Assembly: GCF_003918875.1 (NCBI RefSeq)
Contig: NW_025765003.1
Span: 4,650,001-4,714,000 of the forward strand
Direction of reading: 5' to 3'
DNA: 64,000 bases
From: Haliotis rubra
Taxonomy: Eukaryota
In this document: in pieces, positions 63,126 through 64,000 of the stretch
How positions within the stretch are numbered: the stretch's first letter is position 1
How the letters are laid out: the number at the start of each line of letters is the position of its first letter
Position numbers and translations under genes: made by a program
The notes under the pieces: generated by a model
What the model was told of the DNA's origin: nothing
The model's input: the letters and a program-made list of their open reading frames with translations, nothing else
The model's database searches: none

Positions 63126-64000
63126 TGTAAGAGGCCTGAATCCGATGCATATATCAAGTCCAGACAAGACAATCCAGTGATCAACAGCATGAGAATCGAT
63201 CTATGCATGTTTATGTAAGAGGCCTGAATCCGATGCATATTTCAAGTCCAGACAAGACAATCCAGTGATCAACAGCATGAGAATCGATCTATGCATGTTT
63301 ATGTAAGAGGCCTGAATCCGATGCATATATCAAGTCCAGACAAGACAATCCAGTGATCAACAGCATGAGAATCGATCTATGCATGTTTATGTAAGAGGCC
63401 TGAATCCGATGCATATATCAAGTCCAGACAAGACAATCCAGTGATCAACAGCATGAGAATCGATCTATGCATGTTTATGTAAGAGGCCTGAATCCGATGC
63501 ATATTTCAAGTCCAGACAAGACAATCCAGTGATCAACAGCATGAGAATCGATCTATGCAAGTTTGTGTAAGAGGCCTGAATCCGATGCATATATCAAGTC
63601 CAGACAAGACAATCCAGTGATCAACAGCATGAGAATCGATCTATGCATGTTTATGTAAGAGGTCTGAATCCAATGCATATTTCAAGTCTAGACAAGACAA
63701 TCCAGTGATCAACAGCATGAGAATCGATCTATGCATGTTTATGTAAGAGGCCTGAATCCGATGCATATATCAAGTCCAGACAAGACAATCCAGTGATCAA
63801 CAGCATGAGAATCGATCTATGCATGTTTATGTAAGAGGCCTGAATCCGATGCATATATCAAGTCCAGACAAGACAATCCAGTGATCAACAGCATGAGAAT
63901 CGATCTATGCATGTTTATGTAAGAGGCCTGAATCCGATGCATATTTCAAGTCCAGACAAGACAATCCAGTGATCAACAGCATGAGAATCGATCTATGCAT
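63126..64000. repeat. 88-bp tandem array (about 10 copies, running off the window) containing a SINE-B fragment
   Basis: Unit TGTAAGAGGCCTGAATCCGATGCATATATCAAGTCCAGACAAGACAATCCAGTGATCAACAGCATGAGAATCGATCTATGCATGTTTA. Confidence 0.97.

Overview
AT-rich animal genomic DNA. The repeat families point to a mollusc, possibly a gastropod such as abalone (inference). Five spliced protein-coding genes can be built by hand from GT-AG exons: PABPN1 (- strand, complete, 219 aa), RNMT mRNA cap guanine-N7 methyltransferase (- strand, about 410 aa, with two single-base indels), FAM210A (+ strand, 269 aa, head-to-head with RNMT as in human), an ML/NPC2-like secreted lipid-binding protein (- strand, 192 aa), and the 5' exons of a SPIDR-like gene (+ strand, incomplete). 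The most notable non-coding features lie in PABPN1. One intron holds five box C/D snoRNA copies with a SNORD104/snR58-type 28S rRNA guide. The terminal intron holds a foldback insertion carrying minimal Penelope-type hammerhead ribozyme motifs. The 3' UTR has an A-rich tract like the human PABPN1 autoregulatory element. Three further hammerhead-bearing remnants, two SINE families, Tc1 and pogo fossils, MITEs, HINE-like elements and several minisatellites (two derived from SINE pieces) fill the rest. Most entries in the supplied ORF track are spurious. All homology calls come from recalled sequence, not database searches.
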